In this document: positions 28,965-37,681 of the stretch, one piece after another | Numbering within the stretch: the first letter of the stretch is position 1 | How the letters are laid out: each line of letters begins with the position of its first letter | Assembly (NCBI GenBank): GCA_964453605.1 | Contig: CAYVOI010000001.1 | Span: forward strand, 166,276-230,275 | DNA length: 64,000 bases | From: an uncultured Gammaproteobacteria bacterium | GTDB lineage: Bacteria > Patescibacteriota > Patescibacteriia > Veblenbacterales > UBA10138 | Direction of reading: 5' to 3' | Made by a program: the position numbers and the translations under genes | The notes under the pieces: generated by a model | Databases searched by the model: none | What the model saw: the letters and a program-made list of their open reading frames with translations, nothing else | Told to the model about the DNA's origin: nothing

Positions 28965-29978
28965 ATGGAAGTGCATTCCATAAGTGCTGAGGCACTCGCC
29001 GAGTTCGTTTCACGTGAGCCCGGAACCCCGGGTTCGTTTTTACAAACTGCGGCGTGGGGAAAGTTTCAGGCCGAGCTTGGGCATAAGGTTGAGCTCTTAG
29101 GGTTTTGGGAAGTGAGGGACCTGGTGGGTACTGCAGTTGTCCTCTACCAGGCCTTGCCTGGTGGGTTACGCTATGCCTACGTGGCTCGGGGGCCAGTGAG
29201 CCTAACGCACTATAGAGAAGTAAGTCAGTTGCTGGTGGAGTACTACAGAAACAAAGGCATGGTGTTTTTGCGCCTCGAGCCTCCACAGTCGGTTGGTGAC
29301 CAGCTCCTTAGGTTTATGCAGGCACCCGACGTTCAACCGCGCGCTACGGTAGTCATTGACCTTACCCAGTCAACAGCGGAGCTCTTGAGCCAGATGCACG
29401 AAAAAACTCGTTATAACGTTCGCCTGAGTGAGAAAAAGGAGTTAACCTGGCGCCTCCGTGGCGCTGAGGGGGCGGGCGGGTTTTGGCAGCTGCTTAAAAC
29501 CACAGCCGAACGTGACGGGTTTTCGCCTCACCTTGAGCACCACTACCGCAAGCTCCTCGAGCTCTATGGTTCAGTCCACCTGAGTGCCGACGTTGAACTG
29601 GCAGTACGCTTAAGTGAAGTTTCGCTGGGGAGTGAGGTTTTGTCTTCTAACCTCATGTTGTTTTCCCGCGGTGTTGTTACCTATCTCCATGGTGCTTCAA
29701 GCAGCAGCCGACGTGAACTCATGCCAACTTACCTCAACCACTGGCGAATAATGCAAGAAGCTAAGGCCCTGGGTTTCACTCGCTACGACCTTTGGGGTGT
29801 GGCTCCGCACGATAACTCAAAACCTTCATGGGCGGGCATAAGCCGTTTTAAGCTCGGCTTTGGGGGTAACTACCTTGGTTACGCTGGAGCGTTTGACTAC
29901 CGTTACCGTCTCTTTCTCTACACACTCTACAAGTTGGGTAGAGCTATACGTCGCTCAAGTCTAGCTGCTGAATTATGA
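28965..29978 (+). CDS. FemABX-family peptidoglycan peptidyltransferase
   Basis: SFLQT..WG, Y..RGPV, QPRAT..IDL, KTRYNVR, YLHGAS, YDLWG, RFKLGFGG. Confidence 0.9.
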   Translation: MEVHSISAEALAEFVSREPGTPGSFLQTAAWGKFQAELGHKVELLGFWEVRDLVGTAVVLYQALPGGLRYAYVARGPVSLTHYREVSQLLVEYYRNKGMVFLRLEPPQSVGDQLLRFMQAPDVQPRATVVIDLTQSTAELLSQMHEKTRYNVRLSEKKELTWRLRGAEGAGGFWQLLKTTAERDGFSPHLEHHYRKLLELYGSVHLSADVELAVRLSEVSLGSEVLSSNLMLFSRGVVTYLHGASSSSRRELMPTYLNHWRIMQEAKALGFTRYDLWGVAPHDNSKPSWAGISRFKLGFGGNYLGYAGAFDYRYRLFLYTLYKLGRAIRRSSLAAEL

Positions 29979-30937
29979 CACCTCTGGAGTGTGCCATTCT
30001 CAGGGCCATAACCTGGTTTGACCTATGGCACTACCCGCTCACCGCGTTTGAGTGCTGGCAGTATTTGTACCAGGAAGGCGAGTACTTAGGTACGGTTACT
30101 CCCTGGGAAGTGCGTGTGGCGCTCGCCAGGTTAACCGAGCGTGGAGTGCTACGGGTTACCAATGGCTTTTGGCGACTAGCTAGTGCGCCGCCGCACCTCT
30201 CGGAGCGGCAGCAGCGGGCACGCTGGAGTATTGGTAAGCACCAGCGTGCTCGAGCGGGCGCGCGGCTTATTGCCTCCCTACCTTTTGTGAGGCTGGTAGC
30301 TCTCGGTAACAGCGTGGCCTTTAGTGCACCGCGGACAGCAGAGAGCGACATCGACCTCCTCATAGTGGTGCAGCCCGGGCGGTTGTTCTTAGCGCGGTTG
30401 TGGGTAACTCTGGCCGTGCACCTTTGCGGTTGGCGGCGGCACGGTACCAAAGTGCGCGACCGCCTCTGCCTGAGTTTCTACCTCGATCAGAACAGCTTAG
30501 CCCTGCAGCCATTTGCCTACCCCGACGACCCCTACCTCAAGTTTTGGTTAGCGACCCTGGCACCACTCCTCGATAGCGGAACATACCGACGGCTCCTTAG
30601 TGCGAACTCTTGGGTGGCAGATAGCCTTAGTAACCTAGGCTTCCAGGCTGAGAGCTACGTGGCGAGTGCTACAGCCGTGCCAGCTGGCTCGAGGTTCGTG
30701 CAGCGTGCGCTTGAAGTACTCTTCTCTGGTGGTTTTGGCAACTGGTGCGAGTACCTGTCAGCGCGGCTGCAGCTTCCACGCATGCGTCGCTATGTCGGCG
30801 AGCACCTGGGCGATGGTACAGGTGATGTGGCGGTATCGGCTCAGGTCATAAAAATGCACCTCTCGGACCGTCGCCGAGAATTCGCGCGCGCGTTTCGCCA
30901 GAAGCTCGAGGCTGTTACGCCAGCAGCTCGGGGGTAG
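29975..30937 (+). CDS. Hypothetical protein with nucleotidyltransferase-like motif
   Basis: LPFVRLV..GNSVA....ESDIDLLIV and RLCLSFY. Confidence 0.7.
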   Translation: MTPLECAILRAITWFDLWHYPLTAFECWQYLYQEGEYLGTVTPWEVRVALARLTERGVLRVTNGFWRLASAPPHLSERQQRARWSIGKHQRARAGARLIASLPFVRLVALGNSVAFSAPRTAESDIDLLIVVQPGRLFLARLWVTLAVHLCGWRRHGTKVRDRLCLSFYLDQNSLALQPFAYPDDPYLKFWLATLAPLLDSGTYRRLLSANSWVADSLSNLGFQAESYVASATAVPAGSRFVQRALEVLFSGGFGNWCEYLSARLQLPRMRRYVGEHLGDGTGDVAVSAQVIKMHLSDRRREFARAFRQKLEAVTPAARG

Positions 30938-30940
30938 CCT

Positions 30941-31669
30941 ATGGTACCTCCGGTGGTTATTTCGGCGGCGGGCAGGGGCACACGCATGAACGAGCTGACA
31001 CACGACAAGCCCAAGCACCTTATCTCGGTGGCTGGTCGGCCGTTTCTCAGGTATGTACTGGACAACTTGTACAAGGCCGGAGCCCAAGAGGTGTACTTGG
31101 TCATTGGTCACCAGGCCCAAGCTGCCTACCAGTTCGTGGAGGCTTACCGTAAGCGCTACCCGGTACACGTGGTAAACCAGTTTGAACGGGTAGGCTCCGA
31201 GCGTTACGGTACGCTGATGCCGCTCCTCAGTGTTGCTCCTGAACTCCAGGGTCAGCCGGTGGTGGCAGTGAATGGTGATAACCTTTACTCAAGCCACGAC
31301 CTCAGTGATTTTTTTAAGCTTGTTTCTGGGTGTGCAGTAGCTGGTGTTGAGCACGAACACCCGGAGCGCTATGGCGTGTTGGTGCACGAGAGTGGCATAC
31401 TGAAGCAGATTATAGAAAAGCCCACCTCGCCACCTTCGCGGCTGGTCAACACCGGACTCTATGGTTTTAGCAGCGCTATGTGGCAGGTCTTGCCTGAGGT
31501 CGGACTGTCTCCCCGGGGGGAGTACGAGCTTACCGATGCCGTGAGCCTGCTGGCGAGGCAAGAGCCAGTGCGGGTTTTCCCCATTGCCGACTACTGGCTC
31601 GACTTTGGCCGGCCAGAAGATATCCCTAAAGTCGAGGCGGTGGTTGCCAAAGCTGGTCACGGCCGCTAA
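30941..31669 (+). CDS. Sugar-phosphate nucleotidyltransferase (RmlA/GlmU-like)
   Basis: AAGRGTRM..LT...PK, NGDN, YGVL, IEKP, SPRGEYELTDAV, WLDFG. Confidence 0.9.
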   Translation: MVPPVVISAAGRGTRMNELTHDKPKHLISVAGRPFLRYVLDNLYKAGAQEVYLVIGHQAQAAYQFVEAYRKRYPVHVVNQFERVGSERYGTLMPLLSVAPELQGQPVVAVNGDNLYSSHDLSDFFKLVSGCAVAGVEHEHPERYGVLVHESGILKQIIEKPTSPPSRLVNTGLYGFSSAMWQVLPEVGLSPRGEYELTDAVSLLARQEPVRVFPIADYWLDFGRPEDIPKVEAVVAKAGHGR

Positions 31670-31690
31670 CCTGTACACGTTCCCCTACAC

Positions 31691-31762
31691 GCCCTCGTAG
31701 TTCAATGGATAGAACGTAGGCCTCCGAAGCTTGAGATGCAGGTTCGATTCCTGCCGAGGGCA
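31691..31762 (+). tRNA. tRNA-Arg (CCG)
   Basis: gccctcgtagttcaatggatagaac..taggc-ct-CCG-aa-gcttg..ggttcgattcctgccgagggca; CCA not encoded. Confidence 0.93.
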
Positions 31763-31951
31763 AAGAACTGGGCTTCAGATAGGGCCTGAAATGAGGGCAC
31801 GCCGCCGCCGGGCGCAAAGGCGGGTACTTATTATGGCACGTGCTTTTTAGACCTAGCCTTAGCGGCCAGGAGGAGTTTGTAGTATACTATGTGGTAGAAC
31901 TTTACCGTTCACTCCTTGTTGGGAGCTTGAGCATTTATACTTAAACTGCCT

Positions 31952-34327
31952 ATGGATTTCGCCCAAAGCATGGCCGAAACCTTTGCCCCCAAGACTGCCC
32001 ACCCGGCCAGCCGCTACCTCGATGCTGTCTTGGTCTGGGGGTTACGGGTACTTACCCTACTCTTACCTCTCACTTTTCTACCGTGGACGTTCGAGGCGTT
32101 TGAGCTCAACAAGCAGTTTTTGCTCCTGGGGGGCGGGGTGGCGCTCCTGGCGGTGTGGGTGGGGAGCGTGGTACTAGCCCGGGAGGTACGCTGGGTGAGG
32201 TCTGTGCTCAACTGGGCCGTGCTGGCGTTTCTGGCGGTTGTGGTCGTTTCTACCGTTTTTTCTATTGATAAGGTTACCTCTATCTTAGGTTTCTACGGTC
32301 GGTTCAACGGTGGGTTAGTGAGCGTTATAGCGTACGTGGTGTACTACTTCCTGGTGCTCCACGTAGTACGGCGCGAGGGCAACGTTCGCTGGCTCGTTGG
32401 CAGCTGGCTCACGGGCGTGGGTGTGGCGGCGTTGGTGCTCGCGCTTAACCTGTTCGGCGTTCATGCCCTTGGGTTTTTCCCGTTGGGTCAGGCCAGTAGC
32501 TTTACACCGCTGGGCTCGTCACTCAATGCCCTAACGCTCATCCTTGGAGCCAGTTTCCCCTTGGCACTGTTCTTTGCTCACTCAGCGCGGACGACCGTTG
32601 GTCGAATGTTCAGTTTACTGTTCAGTGTACTAGTGCTGGCCGTGGTATTCCTGGTTGACTACCAGCTCGGTTGGGTGGCCCTGCTCACCGCTTCGGTAGT
32701 GTGGCTGGGGTTTGTGTTCTGGAAGAACGAGACCGTTGGGTTCCAGTGGACCATTCTGCCGGCCGTGGCACTTCTCTTGGTGGTAGTTGGCTGGCCGGTG
32801 GTTACTACCCAGCTCACGCGTCGTTCGATTCCCGTAGAAGTTAACCTGTCTCTGCCCGCGAGCTGGAAGATAGCCAACCAGAACATTAAAGCCAACCCGC
32901 TCATTGGCACTGGACCCGAGACCTTTATCTTTGGTTTTTCGAAGTACAAGCCGGACCAGTTTAACCAGAGCGATTTCTGGGCTTACCGCTTCGACAAGTC
33001 TGCCTCCGAGCTTAGCCAGGCTTTTGGCACCATGGGCATTTTGGGCTTGGCGAGCTACCTCGGCATTCTCCTGCTCGGCCTGTACCTCGCCTGGCGGACT
33101 ATTTCGCATCGTGCGCACGAGGACTGGTACCTCCGAGCAGCCGTGGTTACCAGCTACCTCGTACTCGCGGTTGGTAGTGTGCTCTACTTTTCTAACACCG
33201 CGCTGGCGTTTATGTTCTGGCTGGTGCTGGCGTTGCTGGCTGGCTTTAGCTCAGCCGGTAACCGTGAGCTTACGCTCAAGGGTAGCCCGCGCATATCGTT
33301 CTTGTTTTCGTTTGGCTTGGCAGTGGTGGTGCTGCTGGCCGCTGGTGTGTGGGTTGGTATAGTGCGGTTCTGGTCAGCTGACTACGCCTACGCCAAGGCC
33401 CAAGGTGCGGCACAGCTCGAGCAGGCCCAAGGTGAGTTGCAAACTGCAGTAAGCTTGAACCCGTGGCGCGATACCTACCGCGTAGGCCTAGCTCAGGTGT
33501 ACCTGGGGCTCGCGAACCAGCAAGCCAGGCAGCCAGCCGGTGACACCGACGCTAAGCGTAAAGCGCAACTCGCACAGCTTCAGCAGTACATAAGCAGCGC
33601 CATCGCCGCCGCCCGCTCCGCCACCGACCTCAGCCGCGAGAACGTGTTCAACTGGGAGTCGCTGGGTTCCATCTATCGCGGCACGGTGCCCTACGCTCGG
33701 GATGCCCAGGCCTGGGTCATCAGCTCATTCCAAGAGGCTATTAAGCTTGAGTACTCCAACCCCGCGCTCCACACCGAGCTCGGCAAGGCGTACCTGCTCT
33801 CTGCCAGCCAATCCAAGGCGCAGGCCAGTACCACTACTGACCAAGCTGCCAAGGCTAAGCTCGACAGCGACACGGCCACAAACTTGGGGTTGGCTATAGA
33901 GCAGTTCAAAGTCGCCATACAGCTTAAGGCGCAGTACACCCCGGCCCACTTCAATGAGGCCCTGGCCTACGAACTCCAGGGAAAAATTGATGATGCTATT
34001 GCCAAGCTCGAGAGCATCCGCAGTTTTAACGCTACGGACGTAGATGTGCTCTACGAGTTGGGGAGCCTGTACTACAGCAAGGGGAACTACGACCTCGCCC
34101 TCTCTGCCTTTAGCACCATTACCAGCTTAGTCCCGAACCACAGCAACGCTCACTACGGTCTCTCACTGGTGTACCAAAAGAAGGGGGACAAGGACAAGGC
34201 GGTGGCGGAAATGCAGAAAGTGCTGGACCTTAACCCCGGCAACCAGCAAATTCAGCAGCAGCTTGATGCTCTGAAGACTGGTGCCGCTCCAGCAGCTCCC
34301 ACTACCCCGACCACTCCCAAGCAGTAG
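31952..34327 (+). CDS. O-antigen ligase-like polytopic membrane protein with C-terminal TPR repeats
   Basis: More than 10 TM segments, PLIGTGPETF Wzy_C-like loop, C-terminal TPR patterns. Confidence 0.85.
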   Translation: MDFAQSMAETFAPKTAHPASRYLDAVLVWGLRVLTLLLPLTFLPWTFEAFELNKQFLLLGGGVALLAVWVGSVVLAREVRWVRSVLNWAVLAFLAVVVVSTVFSIDKVTSILGFYGRFNGGLVSVIAYVVYYFLVLHVVRREGNVRWLVGSWLTGVGVAALVLALNLFGVHALGFFPLGQASSFTPLGSSLNALTLILGASFPLALFFAHSARTTVGRMFSLLFSVLVLAVVFLVDYQLGWVALLTASVVWLGFVFWKNETVGFQWTILPAVALLLVVVGWPVVTTQLTRRSIPVEVNLSLPASWKIANQNIKANPLIGTGPETFIFGFSKYKPDQFNQSDFWAYRFDKSASELSQAFGTMGILGLASYLGILLLGLYLAWRTISHRAHEDWYLRAAVVTSYLVLAVGSVLYFSNTALAFMFWLVLALLAGFSSAGNRELTLKGSPRISFLFSFGLAVVVLLAAGVWVGIVRFWSADYAYAKAQGAAQLEQAQGELQTAVSLNPWRDTYRVGLAQVYLGLANQQARQPAGDTDAKRKAQLAQLQQYISSAIAAARSATDLSRENVFNWESLGSIYRGTVPYARDAQAWVISSFQEAIKLEYSNPALHTELGKAYLLSASQSKAQASTTTDQAAKAKLDSDTATNLGLAIEQFKVAIQLKAQYTPAHFNEALAYELQGKIDDAIAKLESIRSFNATDVDVLYELGSLYYSKGNYDLALSAFSTITSLVPNHSNAHYGLSLVYQKKGDKDKAVAEMQKVLDLNPGNQQIQQQLDALKTGAAPAAPTTPTTPKQ

Positions 34328-34401
34328 GGCTTCATTAGTTCATTTTCCGTCCAGCCCCCGCCTTGGTTAGACGGGGGCTGGAGTTCTATACTGAGTAAGC
34401 T

Positions 34402-35763
34402 ATGTCTGGTATTAAAGCCACGGTTCGTAAAGTTATACCCAAGTGGGGCTTAGGCCTCTATCATGCAGGTTATGCGTTTATTGCTGCAGCACGTTACGGG
34501 TTTCCCGGGCGGCGTTTAGTTGTGGTTGGCATCACTGGTACTAAAGGGAAGTCGACCACCTGTGCAATGGTGTGGCATATTTTACGTTCGGCTGGTTACA
34601 AAACCGGCCTTATCTCAACGGCGCAACTTTCGAGTGGCGGCGAGGCTAGAATTAGTGACCTAAAGATGACCATGCCCTCGCCGTTTTGGTTGCAGGGGTT
34701 TTTGCGAGACATGGTCCTGGCGGGCTGCACGCATGCAGTTGTCGAAACTTCTTCCGAGGGCTTAGCCCAGTGGCGCAGTTTAGGGATTAACTACCGTGTA
34801 GCAGTGTTCACAAACTTGGCCCCTGAGCACTTGGAAGCACATGGCAGCTATGCCGCCTACCGGGCAGCTAAGGGCAAACTCTTCCGCTTAGTAGGGGGGT
34901 CTGGTGGCACGAATGTAGTAAACCTCGACGATGCTGAGGCCAGGTACTTTCTGCAGTTTCCTACGCAGTCACGTTATGGTTACACATTACACGACGCACA
35001 CCCTGATGGTTTGACTAAAACATTCGCTGCTCAGGTGCAAGAGGTGACACCACGGCAGGCCCGGTTTACGTTTGGTGTTATACCAGTTGAGCTGTCCGTA
35101 GGTGGTGAGTTCAATGTGTACAATGCCCTGGCTGCTCTGGCTGCAGCACAAGCTGTTGGTGTCCCGCTAGAAAAATCAGCTGCAGCACTTGCAACTTTTT
35201 CTGGTACACCTGGGCGTTTGGAGTTTGTAACTTCTGAACCGTTTAACGTGGTAGTGGACTACGCCCACACACCAGAGTCGCTCGAGGCGGTATACTGTAC
35301 CCTCAAGCCGTCGACCGAACCTACGCCAAATCACTACCTGTCAAATTTGTCCGGCCGGACAAATTTGACAGGGCTTAACGGCCGGTCCCGTTTGATTGCA
35401 GTGTTAGGCTCTTGCGGTGGCGGGCGCGATAAGGCTAAACGCGAGCCGCTCGGGAAGTTGGCTGGGTACTACGCTGATCTGATAGTAGTGACAGACGAAG
35501 ATCCCTACGATGAAGATCCATTAAGCATCATGCAGTCCGTGGCTACGGGTGTCAGAGCGGCCGGAAAAAAAGAAGGAGAAAATTTTTGGATTGTGCCAGA
35601 GCGTAAGGAGGCAATCCGCCGGGCTATGTCACTTGCTCGAGCAGGGGATACGGTGGTCATAACCGGCAAAGGCGCCGAGCAGTGGCTGTGCGTTGCAGGT
35701 AACAAAAAAATTCCCTGGGACGATCGCCAGGTGGTACGTGAGGAGTTAGTTAAAGCTTCCTAG
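34402..35763 (+). CDS. murE: UDP-MurNAc-tripeptide synthetase (MurE), lacking the N-terminal domain
   Basis: VGITGTKGKST, ETSSEGL, FTNLAPEHL, PGRLE, VDYAHTP, GGGRD..KR, EDPYDE, GKGAE. Confidence 0.92.
   Translation: MSGIKATVRKVIPKWGLGLYHAGYAFIAAARYGFPGRRLVVVGITGTKGKSTTCAMVWHILRSAGYKTGLISTAQLSSGGEARISDLKMTMPSPFWLQGFLRDMVLAGCTHAVVETSSEGLAQWRSLGINYRVAVFTNLAPEHLEAHGSYAAYRAAKGKLFRLVGGSGGTNVVNLDDAEARYFLQFPTQSRYGYTLHDAHPDGLTKTFAAQVQEVTPRQARFTFGVIPVELSVGGEFNVYNALAALAAAQAVGVPLEKSAAALATFSGTPGRLEFVTSEPFNVVVDYAHTPESLEAVYCTLKPSTEPTPNHYLSNLSGRTNLTGLNGRSRLIAVLGSCGGGRDKAKREPLGKLAGYYADLIVVTDEDPYDEDPLSIMQSVATGVRAAGKKEGENFWIVPERKEAIRRAMSLARAGDTVVITGKGAEQWLCVAGNKKIPWDDRQVVREELVKAS
35337..35372. repeat. Perfect 36-bp palindrome in frame within murE
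   Basis: cctgtcaaatttgtccgg|ccggacaaatttgacagg. Confidence 0.95.
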
Positions 35764-35778
35764 GACTACAACTGCACC

Positions 35779-36801
35779 ATGATTCATATTTTATCGTTGC
35801 TCTGGAACCTGCGCCCTCTAGCGGCTGCCCTAGTGGTGGTAGTGGTAGATTTTGGTATGGTCTGTTTGCTCATGTGTTTAGAGGGTCGTCCGCCCTGGCA
35901 GCGCACGCTTTACAAAACGTTTGTCTATAATGATACGGTGTTTATCCCGCTTTACATTGCTATGGCTGTTGTTGTCATGCAGCCTGTGAAGGCAGCCTCT
36001 ACGTTTTACACTTTTCCTCGATGGCACATGGGGCTCCTGGTGGTAGGCTTTGTCGTTTCCTTCCTCATTGAGTACATTGCCGTCAAACGTGGTCAGTTCA
36101 CAGTGAGCCAAGAGTTAAGCCCTTCTAAGCTTTGGCATACTTTTATCTTTGCAATTATATTTTATTGGTCGCTGAGTTCACTAGTCCTAGTAGCGGTAAT
36201 CCACCGTCCGTTGTGGGCGATGGGCCTTATTGCGCTATCGTTCCTAGGTTTTGTTTATACGTGCTACCTAGACCTTATACTACCCTGGCCCAAGGACGCA
36301 CACCTAGAAGGGACCTATATACCCTGGAAGTGGCAAGTTAGGGGACAACAAGAAATCGCCCAAGACAGCCGGGAGGTAATACGACAAAATTTGCACCAAG
36401 ATGAAGATACCTATAGGGGTGTAGTTATTGAAGAGTCGCTTCAAAGCAAAGATATACTTCGAAAGTTGAAGATTGTCTCCACTAAAGTGGAACAGGTGAC
36501 TGAGAAACACCATACGCCTTGGTTGCAACAGTGGACGCTACACGCCATTGAAGTACCTAGTAGCCAGGCCGAGGGGGTTGCTGCGACGTTGAGCAAAGTC
36601 CTCGACTACAGCCATGGTGGCGCTTGGTATGCTGATTTTAAGAATACTACTCATCACTACATAATTTTTCTAGACAAAGTTTTTTCTATTGATAGGCAGA
36701 GCAAACAACAGTACGACGAGGCTAAGCGCTATGGTATGAGTTTAGGCATACCGGAGTACCAAGTTGATTTTCATCCCGAGGTTAAAACTTGGGAGAGGTA
36801 G
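35779..36801 (+). CDS. Hypothetical membrane protein fused to a soluble C-terminal domain
   Basis: Five TM segments, then YRGVVIEESL..WYADFKN..HYIIF..GIPEYQVDF; lower GC. Confidence 0.7.
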   Translation: MIHILSLLWNLRPLAAALVVVVVDFGMVCLLMCLEGRPPWQRTLYKTFVYNDTVFIPLYIAMAVVVMQPVKAASTFYTFPRWHMGLLVVGFVVSFLIEYIAVKRGQFTVSQELSPSKLWHTFIFAIIFYWSLSSLVLVAVIHRPLWAMGLIALSFLGFVYTCYLDLILPWPKDAHLEGTYIPWKWQVRGQQEIAQDSREVIRQNLHQDEDTYRGVVIEESLQSKDILRKLKIVSTKVEQVTEKHHTPWLQQWTLHAIEVPSSQAEGVAATLSKVLDYSHGGAWYADFKNTTHHYIIFLDKVFSIDRQSKQQYDEAKRYGMSLGIPEYQVDFHPEVKTWER

Positions 36802-36817
36802 TGTTACGCTTTGCAGT

Positions 36818-37357
36818 ATGCCAGAGCAACCCACTCAGATAGATGCTTTAGCTCAAGTGCTCTGGGATTACAATCACCTTGAGCAGCCTATTAAGCCGGC
36901 TGATTGTATTTTTGTGCTCGGTAGTCATGATTTACGTGTAGCTAGGCGAGGTGCAGAGTTATTTTTACAGGGTTATGCTCCTAGGATTATTTTTTCTGGC
37001 GGTTTTGGTAGGTTGACTCGAATTACTAAAAAACTTTTAGCAGAGAATCATATTACGCTACGCACCGCTATCGTGGTACAAAAACCATATATGCTTAGGC
37101 GCGCTTACGCGGCACTGCGTAAGCAATGGCCTGAGCTGGAGGTGATGATGACTGCTCCCGCAATTACATATCAAGAATACCCCGATGCATTTACATCTCG
37201 TGGGCGACTCATACATGTACTAGTTGGTGATACCCAACGCCTTAGGTTATATGCTGAGCGTGGGTTACAAATACCACAAGAAATACCGGATGCGGTTTGG
37301 GATGCTTACTCTGAGCTCGTTAAGCTGGGCTATAATAAACACCTAGTTGTTACCTAG
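36818..37357 (+). pseudogene. YdcF/DUF218 family protein with apparent internal in-frame deletion
   Basis: LWDY..ADCIFVLGSHD..IIFSGGFG and VQKPYM.RRA are present, but the intervening EA..GVP..E..S.NT.EN block is absent. Confidence 0.65.
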
Positions 37358-37403
37358 TTCTAGGGGTTCGGCCTACCACCCATGGCATACTAGATCTAGT
37401 ATC

Positions 37404-37412
37404 TGTGGATAA
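37404..37412 (-). promoter_or_regulatory. Consensus DnaA box
   Basis: tgtggataa = TTATCCACA on the minus strand, in an AT-rich intergenic region. Confidence 0.5.
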
Positions 37413-37507
37413 CTTTGATCAAGGGATTATCTTTTTGCTTAAAATAGGCAATTTTGTAAAGAAAAGCTTGTTCTTCATCAAAACCTCAGGTTTTGCCACT
37501 TGACAGT

Positions 37508-37536
37508 TTGACAGTGGAAAACCTGTCTGTTAGACT
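37508..37536 (+). promoter_or_regulatory. rpoBC promoter
   Basis: TTGACA-17-TAGACT. Confidence 0.6.
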
Positions 37537-37681
37537 CAATATACTTTGTTTTGTTACCTGTAAGCTAACTTTAGCCCTTAGCTTGGCGCACGCCTGCATG
37601 CGTCCCATTGTTCTTGCTTGAGCTTTGCAAGAATTAGACATCTCGTCCCCAAGAGTCCCATATGGGGAAGAGCTATTTTTT

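Noticed and set aside
37380-37500. Replication origin
   Set aside because: Only one perfect DnaA box; no dnaA nearby and no box cluster
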